Source: Phoronis australis (taxonomy: Eukaryota; Animalia; Phoronida). Taken from it: DNA of 64,000 bases. Numbering within the stretch: the first letter of the stretch is position 1; every line of letters begins with the position of its first letter. The translations under genes and the position numbers were made by a program. Positions 37,231 to 50,329 of the stretch are shown here, one piece after another. Under the pieces are notes generated by a model, which searched no databases, was not told where the DNA came from, and was given only the letters and a program-made list of their open reading frames with translations. The stretch lies in the NCBI GenBank assembly GCA_002633005.1, contig NMRA01000929.1, forward strand, positions 1 through 64,000. The letters run 5' to 3'.

Positions 37231-37259
37231 GTGAGTGGGTGTTGCCGTGATTGTTAAGT

Positions 37260-37995
37260 ATTCAAGTAATAGTAGTCGCAAAATGTCACAAATTTTCCGA
37301 AGAGATTTTGTAAACGAGAATTTATAAATAGTCTGTTGTTTTAGCTGTGATAGGAAATCATGGAAAATGATTTGAACGTAATGTGGAAGTTGATTGTGTA
37401 AAAACATGCAATACATTTTCAAGCAAGATATATATTAAGAATATCTTCAACCAGAGGTATTGTTTGAAATTTGTATGGGCGAACTAGTGTGAATTGGTGA
37501 TTATTCTTGAAGCCCATTTCTGAAGAAGTTTACCTGCTGTCATTCTTGAAGCCCATAGTAAGTAAAATGTTATGAGAGCAAATCAAGGCAGGTGATTCTT
37601 GAGTTCACTAAGTACACTACAACAGGATCAGCTGTTCCCAAATGTTATTCCCACAACTTAAATGTTTTTACAAAATGTGGGTTTTGATTATATATAGTAA
37701 GCTTTGGAATTAATTTTCCACTTATTTTTTCAGAGGGAAGTAGAATGCCATCAACATCTACTTAGTTTTGGTGACATTTAGCAACAGTTTGTTGATTGAT
37801 AACCATGTGAATACGTCTGATAGCTTATTATTGATTTCAGTTTTGTTCATTAGTTTTTTAAGACCAAGCAGTATGTGTAAGACAGGTGTCATCAGCATAC
37901 ATAAGGGTTTCAAGAGAAGTAGATTTGTGGAAGTTGTTTATATAAATAAGAAAAAGGAAGTGATGAAGAATAGGTCCTTGGGTACACCTGACTGT
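37260..37995 (-). pseudogene. Decayed CR1/L2-clade LINE reverse transcriptase fragment
   Basis: With frameshifts it reads GV(P)QGPIL..FLFLIYINNF...LMYADDTCL, then EINNKLSDVFTWLSINKLLLNVTKTK*ML, then KMYCMFLHNQLPHY. GVPQG and YADD are RT motifs. Confidence 0.85.
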
Positions 37996-39989
37996 TGATG
38001 GTTGACTATTGGGAAGGGAATTCCTTTCGATTCACAATGTGCCAACCCCATTCAAATTTCACTGCCTTCTTTGGGGTGTATTAAGATCACTCTGTGGTGG
38101 TGTACATGAGTCAAGTCGCCCCATTGTGTTGCTCAGACAAGTTACACAATAGAGGTTGGGGCATATCAACAAAATAACAGCAGTTGCAATGCGCATTATT
38201 TCTATTTTTTCTGTTGGAGTTGCCCATGAAACAATGAACAAGTTCAATTTTCACAGATGGATCTAGGTTTTATGGTCTGCAGCTTCTAAAACGGCCGGGA
38301 AAGATTGTTGCCATGAACAGGCAGTCATCTCTGACACCGGCCATACCTGATCCTAAATCCGCGAACAAAAAAGCTAGTCATAAAAGTCCAAGTGTTGTGT
38401 AATCTCACAAGTATTCATAGTTACTGATTGGGAAATAAGAGGTAGTGCCTAAGGTCGTTAAAGAAGAGGCAGTATAGACTAGAATGAGAGGTGCCCGCTT
38501 TTTTGTTCGAGGTCGTGGGTTCGAGTCCCACTGGATCACACTGCAACCCTTGAGTCAGGTTTCTGGCTTCTCAGCTCAGTTTTAATTATATATTAAAAGC
38601 ATAAAAATGGTTCCAGGTGATCAGTGTGATGGGCCCACAAATGCAACCTACGCACGTCTGGTACAAACCGCATGCAATTATTTTGTATCATAAGGTGGTT
38701 AAATAATTTATGAAAAATAAATGTTCAATTTCGTAAATTAAAAGTTTGTCTAGCATGACACAATGGCCTCCTGTATCAAAGGTTGAAAGGTCTAAAAAGA
38801 TATGGTAGTTGGGTTTATGGTCTTGCCTAGATGTCCATTAATTGTGTCATTTAGTTCGAGAGTTTCAAATTCTGTAGACCGTAATTTTTGAAAACCACAC
38901 TGACGTTCAAATAACTGATTGTTTGTAGAGGTAGTCATCAAGTTGGTCATGAGTAATTTGTTCACACAGTTTTAAGAAGGCAAGAAGTGAAGAAAAAGAC
39001 ATGTAGTTGTTTATATTGTGTTTAAGTTAAGCCATTTTTGTTTATAGGCCTAATTTTCAAATCAGATGTAAAATTATCTGTGTTAAAACACTGATTGAAG
39101 GTAATTTGTGATTTTGCAATGACCAGAATGATCAACTTGATGAGTTTGGTAGAAATGCTATCAAATCCTACGCTAGATTTTAATTCGATGTTGCCCAAGG
39201 CCTATAAAACATTAATTTCAATTATATAATAAATAGCCAAAGAGTACACAACTTCATTTTCCTGAAATGTTTCGAGGTGCACAAATGATAACACAGTGGG
39301 TATCCTCACGTTTAGGTGTAAGCCGCAAGTAAAAGATTACACCCTGAATTCAGTTCTTTGTGGCAAACTAAAGAAGGATAAAGTTATATAAACAAATGAT
39401 ACCGTGCCTGCCGATAGGTCACAAATAATCAATTTTTGAAATGGCACACGTTTAAACAAGATTTTTAATCTCAACCTCCTCATTTCCAAAAAGTAGGCCT
39501 TCTCTGCATCCACAGCTCTCATGACGTTTCTCCCATTAAGCACTGTGCAAAATGTGAATTTTTACACAAAATTAGTCTCTAAATTGGTCACCTTTTTGTC
39601 CGAGCCCACTCTCTAAACGAGTATGTATTCCAATTTTTCGGGCAGCACACCTCGTCCAAAAGTACTTCTGTTATAAGATGCACTGAGTGGTGTACTTATA
39701 CCGAAAACAGTGCCAGATACTAAAACACTTTGTTTGGATTTCATGAGCATGCGAAACTGCCCGCATGTTTTCATATGGAAAAATGAGTACATACTTGCAC
39801 TTTTAAACGAATATGAATTAGAAATATGGATGAATAATCAACCATCATACATTCATCAAATCCATGTTAAGATTGCATCAAAGCGCGACTGACAAGTTTG
39901 TTTTTGCTTTTGTTTTTGTTTTTTCTTTAAAAATAGAAGTGGCAGGAATTCTCCTAACTTTAACAGTCGATAAATAACAGAAAACATAA

Positions 39990-41168
39990 AGCCTGGCCAT
40001 CAGGCCCGTCGTGGCTGGTCGGATTGACTCGTTATCCCCTCCAGTGGCTCGGAAACTGATCAGACATCACGAACATAAACCAGCCAAAGTTCAGTGGAAA
40101 CTAAACTTCCAGTCAAGAAAAAACTATACTAGTGAGCCAAAGTAATGTGCACCTGATTATGTTGGTGAATTAGCCACGAAACTGCAAATCTATTTACTCG
40201 TCAGGAGCCGCGAATTCACTGAGGTTCCGCTTTGGCCACAGCACCGTCAGGGCAGAAGTTGTACATTGACAATCATTATTTGAGTAATGTAAATGTAAAT
40301 AAAGATTCCCCAAACACCTGGCCGTGGTATGGAAACTGAGTTGTTGCACAACAGTTTCTGCCAGCAAACACTAAATTAGCAAGAGCTCACAGGGCCTAGG
40401 TGTCCCGTCAATTAGTTTTAATGCACCTAAAGCCTGTAACGCAGTGATTTATTTATTGCTGGCTACTCAAATCATTTACACTCACGAACACTCCAAATGC
40501 ATTACAAATTGCATCTAATGAGACAGGCTTTGTTTCAGTTTTATATAAGTATTGGTTAGGGTGAGAATAATTCACTTTGAAACAGAACGCTCAGTAATAA
40601 ACGTCAACACGGCATCTCGCAATCCCCAGGCCGACTTGGACGAGCTAGCGCTCATCAGTACCGACTTCACAGGTGGATCGTTATGTTTTACAGGCTATCA
40701 ATTCGAACAGGAATACATTGATGAAGAAATATTAGAGAGCGCCGTCAGTGAACAAGCTCAGACACTGAACGGAACGTATGGAGTTATTTCGTAAGCCGGC
40801 ATTCGTCAGGCAATGTCGACGTCTGCAGCCCACAGACATGGAGATGTTTCACGGCCTCTTACTTGCTATTTACATTATTCACTACCATGAGCCACTTCCT
40901 AAGCATTTCGGACTCTCGAGGAAGTAAAAAAAATGTTATACCCACTTTCCTCTAAGCTGCTTAGTTCGGACAAGCGGGAACGATGCACCGCAACATAACG
41001 GCATTCACTCTGCATATGAACCACTGACGTCACTAGGGTCGTTTCTCACCTTCCTCACAGGTTAACGCGACACCTCTTGGCAAGGTAAGGTCAACCTTAT
41101 GCGAGGCGATGTGGATATAGACCGATTAAGACGGCAAAAAAACTAATTAAATCGGGTGGCATCCTCCT
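39990..41168 (+). mobile_element. Non-autonomous Kolobok element, copy 4 (left end missing)
   Basis: GGGTGGCATCCTCCT|TTAA at the right end. Body colinear with copies 1 and 2. THAP remnant on minus from 40996 and GYQFEQEYIDEEI on plus. Confidence 0.85.
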
Positions 41169-41172
41169 TTAA

Positions 41173-42018
41173 GTAAAGATCCTGCAAACGGTTGATAGAT
41201 TAGTGGACGCCAAAAAACTCGAAAACGGCAAAAGCGTCCACTAGGTGGCGAAAACTAGGTCGAATTCATCTGAAAACGGAGAGATAGCGACATCTTATTA
41301 ATAGATGCCTATATGCCAAATTTTATGAAAATACGATGAGGACCTTTGAAGATACAGAGGTAAACGTAAAAAATAAAATTGCCACTAGGTGGCACACCAG
41401 TTGTCAGATCTGTCCGAAAGTCACCTTCGTCTGTTGTTAACATCATATAAATATACTTACTGAATTTCGTAAAGATCCTGCGAACGGTTTAGGAGATACA
41501 GCCATAGGCGCAAAAAAAACAAAACTGCCACTAAGGAGGCGCCACAGTAATTGAAATCATCGGAAAATCATCAGACGTCCTCTTCATAGTAAGAACATGC
41601 AAGCCAATTTTCACAATCATCCTTTGAGAGGTTTGGTTGAAGACTCGAAAACAGTAAAAACGGCCACTAGGTGGCGCAAACTACGTTGAATCTATCCGAA
41701 AACAGGAGGATAATGTCATCTCACTAATAGGTGCCTACACACCAAATTTCATGAAAATCCGTTAAGGACTTTTGAAGATACAAAGGTAAGCGTAAAAAAT
41801 AAAATTGCCACTAGGGGGCACACCGGTAGTTGGCTCCGTAAGAAAGTTCGCTCATGCTGTCCTATTCATGAATGGAACATATGTGCCAAATTTCATGATT
41901 GTATGTCAAAAGGTTTTGGAGATAGAGCAGCGGACGCTGGACGCCGAACGGACGGACGCTGGACAGACGGACGGAGATGACAGCATAATGCGTCCACATG
42001 TAAATATGTGGGCGCATA
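41173..42018 (+). mobile_element. HINE-like family H1, 3' portion, abutting the Kolobok TTAA
   Basis: Highly similar to ~36003-36978, with the same microsatellite and hairpin ATGCGTCCACAT...ATGTGGGCGCAT. Confidence 0.82.
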
Positions 42019-42956
42019 GCAATTACTCTACAAGCACTTAACAATTTCATAACAGAATCAATAGGAGATTGTGTGAAAAGCAATTTGACTACCCATGTAT
42101 GTTATTAAATGCATTGAGCTGGTGGAAACGAGTCTTGCATCAGTGCCATGATAGCAAAGCTGGGAACAAGGGAAAAGAACACAGATGTGACCAAAGGTCC
42201 CCAAATTTGGCATGATGATACCACATGTCATAGAGAAGGATGACCAAGTTTGAGGCATTCTCTTTTTGACAAAACAGGTAATAACACTACTTTACAAATA
42301 TCTATTACAATTGATGGTGGGTATGGGAATATTATGATATGGTATTGGAACATCATTGACTTTCAAAGGCTCATGTTGAGCATGTGATATGCTAATATTG
42401 CATCAAACCCATTCCCAAGATATACGTAGAGGTTATTGTATAGCCGAGGCACCCTAATGCTAATGCCTCGTTACAGTTATATCACATTTATTAGCTTTCT
42501 CAGCTTATGGTTGTTGATTAGATGTACCTAATGACCAGCTTCATCCAAATTTGTGTAACATTAGACACCATGTCAATGGATGACATCAAAATGCTATAAT
42601 ATCGAAATGCAACGAAGTTTCAATGCACAAAACAACAGCAAAATATTCATTTCTTTATAGCTAGAACCTCATTTAATTCTAGCTGAATCTTAATTAACAA
42701 CATCACGTTAAGAGTTGCTCTATGCACTAGGTCAAAAAAGCAACAAAATATCTTGCAAGTCCATTCACCAATACAGGCTTTCAAGCAAATTCAGGTAACA
42801 AAAACTGCAAAAAACAAGACTATTTTTTTACAAAAAGTAAGAAAAAGTAGGGTCTGCGAGGAAAAAAGTCAGAAAACTAAGTCAAGAACAGATCTTCGGG
42901 CAGTTTTCCTTGACAATGACCAGAGACAGCACAGCCCATAGCAGTCAGTACCGTAC

Positions 42957-43483
42957 CATAGGCAGCCCCCCCCTTGGCTGCCGCAAAAAATAAAACAGCA
43001 AGAGCGTAGGGAAGTGTTGAGTTTATTAATTAACCCCAATAATTAAAATTATGAGGCTGAAACAAGATTTAAATGAGTGCAGTTTTAGTGTTTGGGGGAG
43101 GGGGGGGGGCTCAGATCCAATTTCAAGTGTCAAATTCAGAACACGGCGCAATCGTAACGGAACTATGGCTAAGTATAGGCTCACCCGCGATATCTCAGGC
43201 GACCGGCAGTGGCGCTGGGCACTACCGCTCTGTTTCCGTCGTCTGCTTCACTGTGCAATGAAGAAAATTCATTGAAGAAAATGGAATCTGAGTGATGGTG
43301 AAAAAACAGAAGCTGCTGGTAAGATGTGAATTTTAATCAAAGCCTTAGTGAATCACTCAGAAACTCATAATTCTCTCAATGTCAAACTCCCCTCCAGACT
43401 TCCCCCATTGGGTACTATGCGGATCTACAATGTTTACAGACAAAATGTTGGGCCCCCCTTGTGATATCCTAGATCCGCCACTG
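42957..43483. mobile_element. hAT-like MITE with 5-bp TSD CGTAC
   Basis: CGTAC|CATAGGCAG ... GATCCGCCACTG|CGTAC, TSD at 42952-42956 and 43484-43488. Confidence 0.75.
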
Positions 43484-43548
43484 CGTACTCAGATATTCTA
43501 AGGTCAAATATTATTCATCTCCAATTTGGAAAGGTTGTTAGGGTTGTT

Positions 43549-43865
43549 AACTCCTACCCTAACATTTTGAGTTTTGTTACCCCAAGGAATGAGCGAGACT
43601 GTGACTAACCCGCCCTAATCGATTTACAAATCAATTCACGCTGGTGAAGGCAACCTATTTGCCAATTTCTCCTATGCATCAATTTTAAAAATAAGAAAAC
43701 AATCATGTTGGACGTTTGCCTTTAAGTTACTTATTGTTCGTTTATTGAACTTTGAAAGAAACTGGTACACTAAACAGGCACTCTTGGTTTACCACTGCAC
43801 TTATCTCATCCAATACACATTCGGCCAAGTCCATGAGTAGACAATAAAGCTCACTTCATCTGTGG
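43549..43865 (+). repeat. Dispersed repeat family F, copy 3
   Basis: AACTCCTACCCTAACATTTTGAGTTTTGTTAC...AGACTGTGACTAACC...ATGCATCAATTTTAAAAAT matches 5729-6085. Confidence 0.8.
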
Positions 43866-44294
43866 GGCTTTTCATACTGACGTTGATACGTGGATGGTTT
43901 AGGGAGTTGCGGTCAGTATGAACGCTTAACTCCGGTCCTGGATTGCAGTTAACAGCTCCAGTAAACATTACAGTTAACAGGTGGATTTAATAGCGCAGCG
44001 TCGAAGCTGTGGTGCAGTATGAACGCTTAACTTTGGTCCAATCGAAGTTATCGCCAGATGCCACTGTTATCGTCAACAGTTAAAGGTAGGGCCATCACTA
44101 AAAGCTGCTTACATTTTGTTCTAATAATAATCAGTCGATTTAAGAATAAGTTTAATGCCACATGAAAATGTTTCCAAATTAAAACATTGAAAAAATCTTA
44201 GCGTGCAACGCTACCTTGCGATAACTTCCATGACGACAGCAGCACCAACCGCTATACTTGGATGTTCATTAACTACCGAAGCCAGTATGGGCCT
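43864..44294 (+). mobile_element. PIF/Harbinger-like MITE family P inserted into family F
   Basis: GGGGCTTTTCATACTGAC ... CAGTATGGGCCT. Host sequence GCTCACTT.A.TCTGTGG occurs on both sides. Confidence 0.7.
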
Positions 44295-44336
44295 TGTGAC
44301 TGACTAGCTCACTTAAATCTGTGGTGGTTGGTATAA

Positions 44337-44497
44337 GTCGCATCCCACTACAAGTGAAACTTTGCTTTTACCAAAGTTTTGGTAAGTGGAAAAGGTTAAC
44401 TCCGGGAGTTAATCTGTTAAACTTCGCTTAAAATAGTTACAGGATTTAAAAGCAAAGCTTTGGTACTCACCGAAGGTTCGAAGTAGTGGGAATACTA
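44337..44497. mobile_element. Small palindromic MITE-like element
   Basis: GCATCCCACTAC ... GTAGTGGGAATAC ends, with internal inverted CTTTGCTTTTA / TAAAAGCAAAG and a central TTAACTCCGGGAGTTAA. Confidence 0.6.
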
Positions 44498-45388
44498 AAA
44501 ACGAAGCCGACCTACTCTTGTTAATTTGCGCGTTTTACTGTCCGAGGTACAAACCCTGGACTCCATGATGTCCTGAGATTAACATGAATCTGGACAAGGA
44601 CACTGGTACCCTGTGGCAACCTGTCTGTGGCGACTAAAAACATCCTCCATCAATTTTGAAAAGTGACGAGCCAGTTGAATCAGATTTGGTAGCGTTCCTA
44701 GGAGTAGCCTGGACAAGAATACAGGACCCACAGTCTGATACAACGCGCCTGGAACCTCATTGTGTTTTTGACCAAGGGTTCCATATCGAGCTTCCACAGC
44801 ACCTAATGTCTTCTTGTCCATGTCACCACCTTCATGTGATAGTTTCGAGACAAAAAAGAAGCTTGATCTTCAACTAGAGATCAAGCTTTTTGTATAACCT
44901 TAAGATGGCTTTAGGAGCATTTTAGTTGCAAGTGTATTTCATTGTGTTTGATTTGAAAGAGATGACTGTTACATTATTAATTATTATTGTTCTGTTATTA
45001 CATGTATATACCCCAGGTGGCCAGATGCACTACCTACAGCAAGAGTAAATAATTTTGGGAAATATTATCATAGATTTCCGAATAAAAGTTCAGGAGACAA
45101 AAAGTCAGATGTAGCAATACGCCCGGTCCTATACTCAGCAATGCCAAATACGCGAACGCACGTATAAATACCGTGACTGTAGCTCGTTCTAAATATATCC
45201 TAGTGAGAATAGCACTGTTTTTAGATTTCAACCATGCACTTTTGTTCTCAGATATGCATCCCAGGTATATTTTTGGGAAAAAATATAAGATACGCAAACT
45301 GGGCATATATTCTGCTGGACAGCATCCCAAGAATTAGTGGCACTAAATCGACACTGGTGTGCAACAAGAAATTAGTAGTGACTCAGAG

Positions 45389-45533
45389 CAGGGGAGGATC
45401 CAGGATTTTGAGTTAGGAGAGGGTCATGGCAGCCAGTATTAACCATGATTTTGCCCCTGAACTGCCAAATGGAATCTGGGAGAATTTTAGGGGAGCCATG
45501 GACCCCTTGCAACCACCCCCAAATCCGCCACTG
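45389..45533. mobile_element. Short hAT-like MITE
   Basis: CAGGGGAGGATCC ... AAATCCGCCACTG, flanked by CTCAGAG / CTGAGAG (imperfect TSD). Confidence 0.6.
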
Positions 45534-47545
45534 CTGAGAGATAGTGAAATTGGTGACGGCCGTGGGACGTAAGGCGCTACACTGGTGACGATAAGAAAAA
45601 AGGGCACTGTTATCTTCTGCCCAGGTTACAATAGCCCAAGCTACCTGAATTAGTTAACTGTTATCACTTTTATTTCAAACAGATTTCACAAGAGTTTTCA
45701 GTGTCAGCAGTTAAGCCTAAGGTTAAAAACGTAAGCAAGCACAGACCTGTCAGGTCATCTCGTTTGCATGAAGAAGCACCTGCGTACTACCGGTCTGCGC
45801 ACAATGATGAGTTAACATTGGACGTTTCAAAGGCTATGGGTGACAAAGGTTTTAATTATAAAAAACGGTTGGGTGAATTTAATGTTCGTAGGATTTAAAA
45901 TGCATTCACTTTCTTACCCGCGTCATTCTATATAGATTCCGTTAGTTGATCGTGTCTTCAGTCAAGCTGTACTGTACGAGTCGACACATTCCGATTAAGT
46001 CCTGATATGTTTGTAGTAGGCCTAAAGATGTAGAATGACAGTGGTTCTGAGTCCGGAGCGCTTCTTCAACAATTCAGATGACTACCAGAGCGACAAACCA
46101 GCGATAACGTATGGATGAGAAACTACTAATTTTGCTATCATGATTGTCTTTGTAACGTACTTCGGATAATTATTCAGTTGTTTTCATGTTGAAACTGAGC
46201 TTTCAGTTCATATGGTATTACACGTGTCAGAATTAACTTGCGTTTCGTTTTGTAACTAGCAGACAATGCACGTATATGATTAACAATTTCTGTTCTCCTC
46301 ATTGTTCATCACTTTCATCACTGCACTCGTTCCCAAATTATATAACGGTCATGTTTAATGCAAATTTTCGTTAAAACTGAGAAAGCGCATTTTGTGACGA
46401 GACTTAATAGTCAACAAAAAGCCCTTTGTGCCTCGCCAATGCAAGTCCGATATTCTTTCTTCAATATAATTCACACCTCAAGGTTTGAGTGACTGATGAA
46501 TGGGCTCGGCAGACTGTAAGCAGGTTTGAGTTTCAGTGTACGTATTAATAATGCTTTTCTCTTTCACAACTTATGGAATTACGTATTTATTTCTCATGTA
46601 ATAAAATCGATTCTTTGTTCATCATGCTCATGCTGACTTCTAAAATTTTTGAAGAGATTTAGTTCACCCCAATTCGAACAGAGAAATAGCACATTATGGA
46701 GGTCTGCCAAATTCGGACACTACAGAAATCTCGTCCTGCGATAGTTGACCAAGAACGAACATGATCTATTGGAATTAATTTTGAGTCCCTGAAAATGAGG
46801 TAACTTTACCGTAGTGTGTCTGCCAAATGGAACATTTAAAATACACAGCATATTCATTCATTATGTACAAAACCAAGGGCACAAGATTACTTCCAGGCTT
46901 TCTAGTCATGCTGGGGATTACTAGCTGTGACAGTTAAGTCTCCAGCAGTATAGGGGCATGTTGATGACCACAGACTACATTATGTTTGTCTGAGTCATTA
47001 AAAAGATAAATAAAGAGAGCATGTGAAATTAATATTGGATTTCCAGTAACAGGAATGAGAGTTATGGGCTATCTTGTCTGAGAAATGCTATCAATCAATT
47101 TGGTGCACTTGAGACTATATCATGCAGGCTTATACCATGTCAAAATACTCACCAGGGTGTATGAAGGACATGATGATGTGTAAACTGGTGTAGTATTAGG
47201 ACTGTACTCTCATATCATGTGTTGGGGCGTTTAAAATTCATAACAGTGCATCCAAATCAAACCGATTTTGATGCAACTGTGATTTACACAGTTAATATCC
47301 ATAATGAGGTGGAGTTGCTTCACGGTTCACACACTAAGTAAAACAATCGATTTCATGATTCATATCGACATTTTTTAAAGTTTCACGGATCACAGCAGCT
47401 TTTTGTACTCCTACACTTTCCATCAATTTCTCCCTTCCTGACCACTGAACATTCCATCTCAATGACCAACAGTTATCTCTACCAGTCACCACTAATTCCC
47501 CCTCGCCCACTCCCGACTTTGCTTCATGTCCATAAATTCATAATA

Positions 47546-48962
47546 CCGTATTTGCCCTAATATGAGCCCATGCCCGCCTAAGCGCCCCCCCCACGTGTTT
47601 TCAGACTTTGCTAAAATAAGCACCCAGTCCATGAACGCCGTGTATATGTGAAAAATGCCTTACCTACAGTTCTAAAATTCTACAAAGTCTTCAATTTATC
47701 GATAACATCCAGTCCTAAAAAAATCATTGTGCGCGGAATTTGTAGACCATGAGCCTCGCCGCAATGTCGGTATTTAGCCGTGACTGATGCACTTCAAACT
47801 TTCGTTGTGCTTCAAAAAGAACGCTGATCTTGCGAGGCACGTGTCCTATTATGGTCTCACCTTTCAGAACAGACGCAGCGTACTTGTCAACTGCATTGTA
47901 TTGTATCTTTTCCGTACAGATCTTCTACCTCAACAGCAATCCAAATTTCTTTGTATACATGAATACCGCAAATTGAAGGCTAATAATAACTGACCTTCGT
48001 TAAAAGCACATGGCCAGGAAGCGCGCTCTATATACGTTGTCAAAGATTAGTTTTCGGGAACTATCTATTCATGAAATGGGTAGAATAGCATCAGCAACAA
48101 ATAAATGCTGGCAGTTTAATTTCCTAAAGTTTTTAATACCGTAAAAAACATTTGCGTTATTTTTAGGAGGAATAAATATTAAATTATTCGTAATTGGTGT
48201 TTTTAAGTCAAAATGACCCGCTGATAGTAAACACTTCTGCACCCTTACACCCTCCGAATCTTCTGAAAAATAGCTGTTACCCAGTCACGCATCCAGTCAC
48301 CCGACGACTCAATGACATCGGCCTTACCCAGACAATTCTCGAACGTTTTTTAGCAGATGAGACCAACAAGTGCTAACTAAAACGTTCTGCTTTACTGCTT
48401 GTGTCAATTTCTTTACTTGCAATGCACACTTAGATCGTTACATCGCGTTTACTCTGGCAAATTAACTCTGATGACATATGCGCTCGCTCTGTCACACAGT
48501 ACGCAGACGAACTTCAAAACAAATGTCACGTGACGTGGAGTTAATATGCAGTTAATCCTGACTCCACAAGAACCTAAAAATCTTTGGGACGCTATTTTGA
48601 AAACTTAAGGAGGACCTCAGGTAATTTGTTGAGTCAAAACTATATTTTTACTCAAGAATTCAAGTTGACCTATCGGCAATCGCAGGGTAGTGACGCATCA
48701 GTCGGCGATTTCCGCACTGGGATTTTCTAAAAAATGCTCGTAATTTAACAACAATTAAGTTTGATAGCAATGCACAGCAATTTTGTAGAAATGCTGTCAT
48801 AGGTTACAGATACGTCACAGAGAGTAAGTTTGATGAATCCTAGCTTACAATTTCACCTGTTTCGGAGATCGGGTTTCAACCACTTTGGGCTACGATGAAC
48901 GCCCCCCTTCCTGAAGCGAATTTTTTTGAGCACCCTGGTTGCTTATTAGGGTGAATAGTCGG
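47546..48962 (+). mobile_element. TA-target TIR transposon family T2, copy 2
   Basis: TA|CCGTATTTGCCCTAATA ... TATTAGGGTGAATAGTCGG|TA. Colinear with 33638-35056 (e.g. TTTTCAGACTTTGCT, AAGTTTGATAGCAATGCAC). Confidence 0.85.
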
Positions 48963-49266
48963 TAGTGATTTAACAATTCATGACAACCTGAAGATATTAG
49001 GCATCACATTCTCCTGGAGCTTCAAATCATGGCTTAACGTGTGAAAATGACACTTTCACATTTACTAATGGCAAAAATGCCATTTCACAGGCCATGAACA
49101 AACCTTCACCCCGAGTCTTGTTAATGGCTAAAATGACCTTGCTAGAACAGAAATGGCAAATAATGTAAGCGGTTGCAAGCGACATTTTTGTTGGCGGTTC
49201 GAGTCCCTCCAAAAGTGCAAGCTTTTTGCTCTCAGCTAATTAACAAAATAAACACAGAAAAATCAG

Positions 49267-49342
49267 GAACCCTAACTGGGAATCAAACCACAGGTCCCAA
49301 GATTGCTGGTCTAGTGCTCTTACCACTGAGCTACTGAGGACC
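49267..49342 (-). mobile_element. tRNA-derived SINE head or tRNA pseudogene
   Basis: Minus strand TCCTCAGTAGCTCAGTGGTAAGAGCACTAGACCAGCAATCTTGGGACCTGTGGTTTGATTCCCAGTTAGGG has A-box and degenerate B-box at tRNA spacing but broken stems. Confidence 0.65.
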
Positions 49343-49807
49343 AATATCTGTGCAATTACTGCTTGTAGTCAACTGTTATGTCATCCATCCCATCTACTAA
49401 CACATACTGTTAAATTGCTGATTTTATAATTCTCCAAATCTCTGTGAAAAAGACAAATGCCGCTCATGATTCACTATTGGCCAGCATCAACATCTATATT
49501 TACTAAGTCTTGTAGCTACAATGCAAGAGGACTTCAAAGGGCAAACACACACAGGTGGGAGGGTGCCTTCATTTATCCTCAAGTTCCCATAGACTCCTAT
49601 TGTGTGATACAGAGAACTTTCCATAAAAAAGATTTTCACACTTAACTTAGTTTGTAATTATTCTAAAGTCGTTTACAGCTTTCCATTGAACATTCAAATG
49701 CTGCTTGCATTAATTTTTAAGCCAATTTGTCAATGAATGCTTCTTCTTAAAAGATTAATCAGATACATCAGCTGGGGAACACCTGTACAACTACAAAAAC
49801 ACAATGG

Positions 49808-49882
49808 CTAAAACTGAAACAAAGGTTACCTTTTGTGCACTAAAACTGAAACAAAGGTTACCTTTTGTGCACTAAAACTGAA
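49808..49882. repeat. 32-bp perfect tandem duplication
   Basis: CTAAAACTGAAACAAAGGTTACCTTTTGTGCA x2.3. Confidence 0.95.
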
Positions 49883-50329
49883 TGGGCAGCTAGGCTAAAT
49901 GAGAGATGTAAAACCAGCCTTATCAGCGCTATGGTAAAATATCAATTTAGGACACAATATGGTGCACAAGCGGAATTTTATCACGTTCTAATTTTTCCAT
50001 TACTTGTAATCAGTACCAAATTAATGCTTTGCTAATTCTATTTTATACCCAGGCTTCCATCAAACAGTGTTTTGGTAATTTATGAGAAAGAATAGCTACG
50101 TTAAAAGCCTTTATATGGTCAACTTTGGCAATTTACTTTTGTCCAAAGATGTTGAGATTTTATGCAAACCAAACAAATAAGCAGATTACACTCCTCATAT
50201 GAAGATCCATACAGGTGCTCAAAATAGAAAGTTAGAGATCATGAAAAAAATGTTATGTCAATGTGGCGAAACTGACGGTTGTATCAACAAAGTCAACTTC
50301 CAGGGAGAGAGCTTGATCTATAGTATGTA

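Noticed and set aside
47153-47201. Candidate missing DDX1 exon ending CCT G|gtgagt
   Set aside because: In-frame stop, and the peptide (YYTSLHIIMSFIHP) is unlike DDX1.
49267-49342. Functional tRNA gene
   Set aside because: Acceptor, anticodon and T stems are mispaired and the B-box is degenerate; better read as a SINE head or pseudogene.
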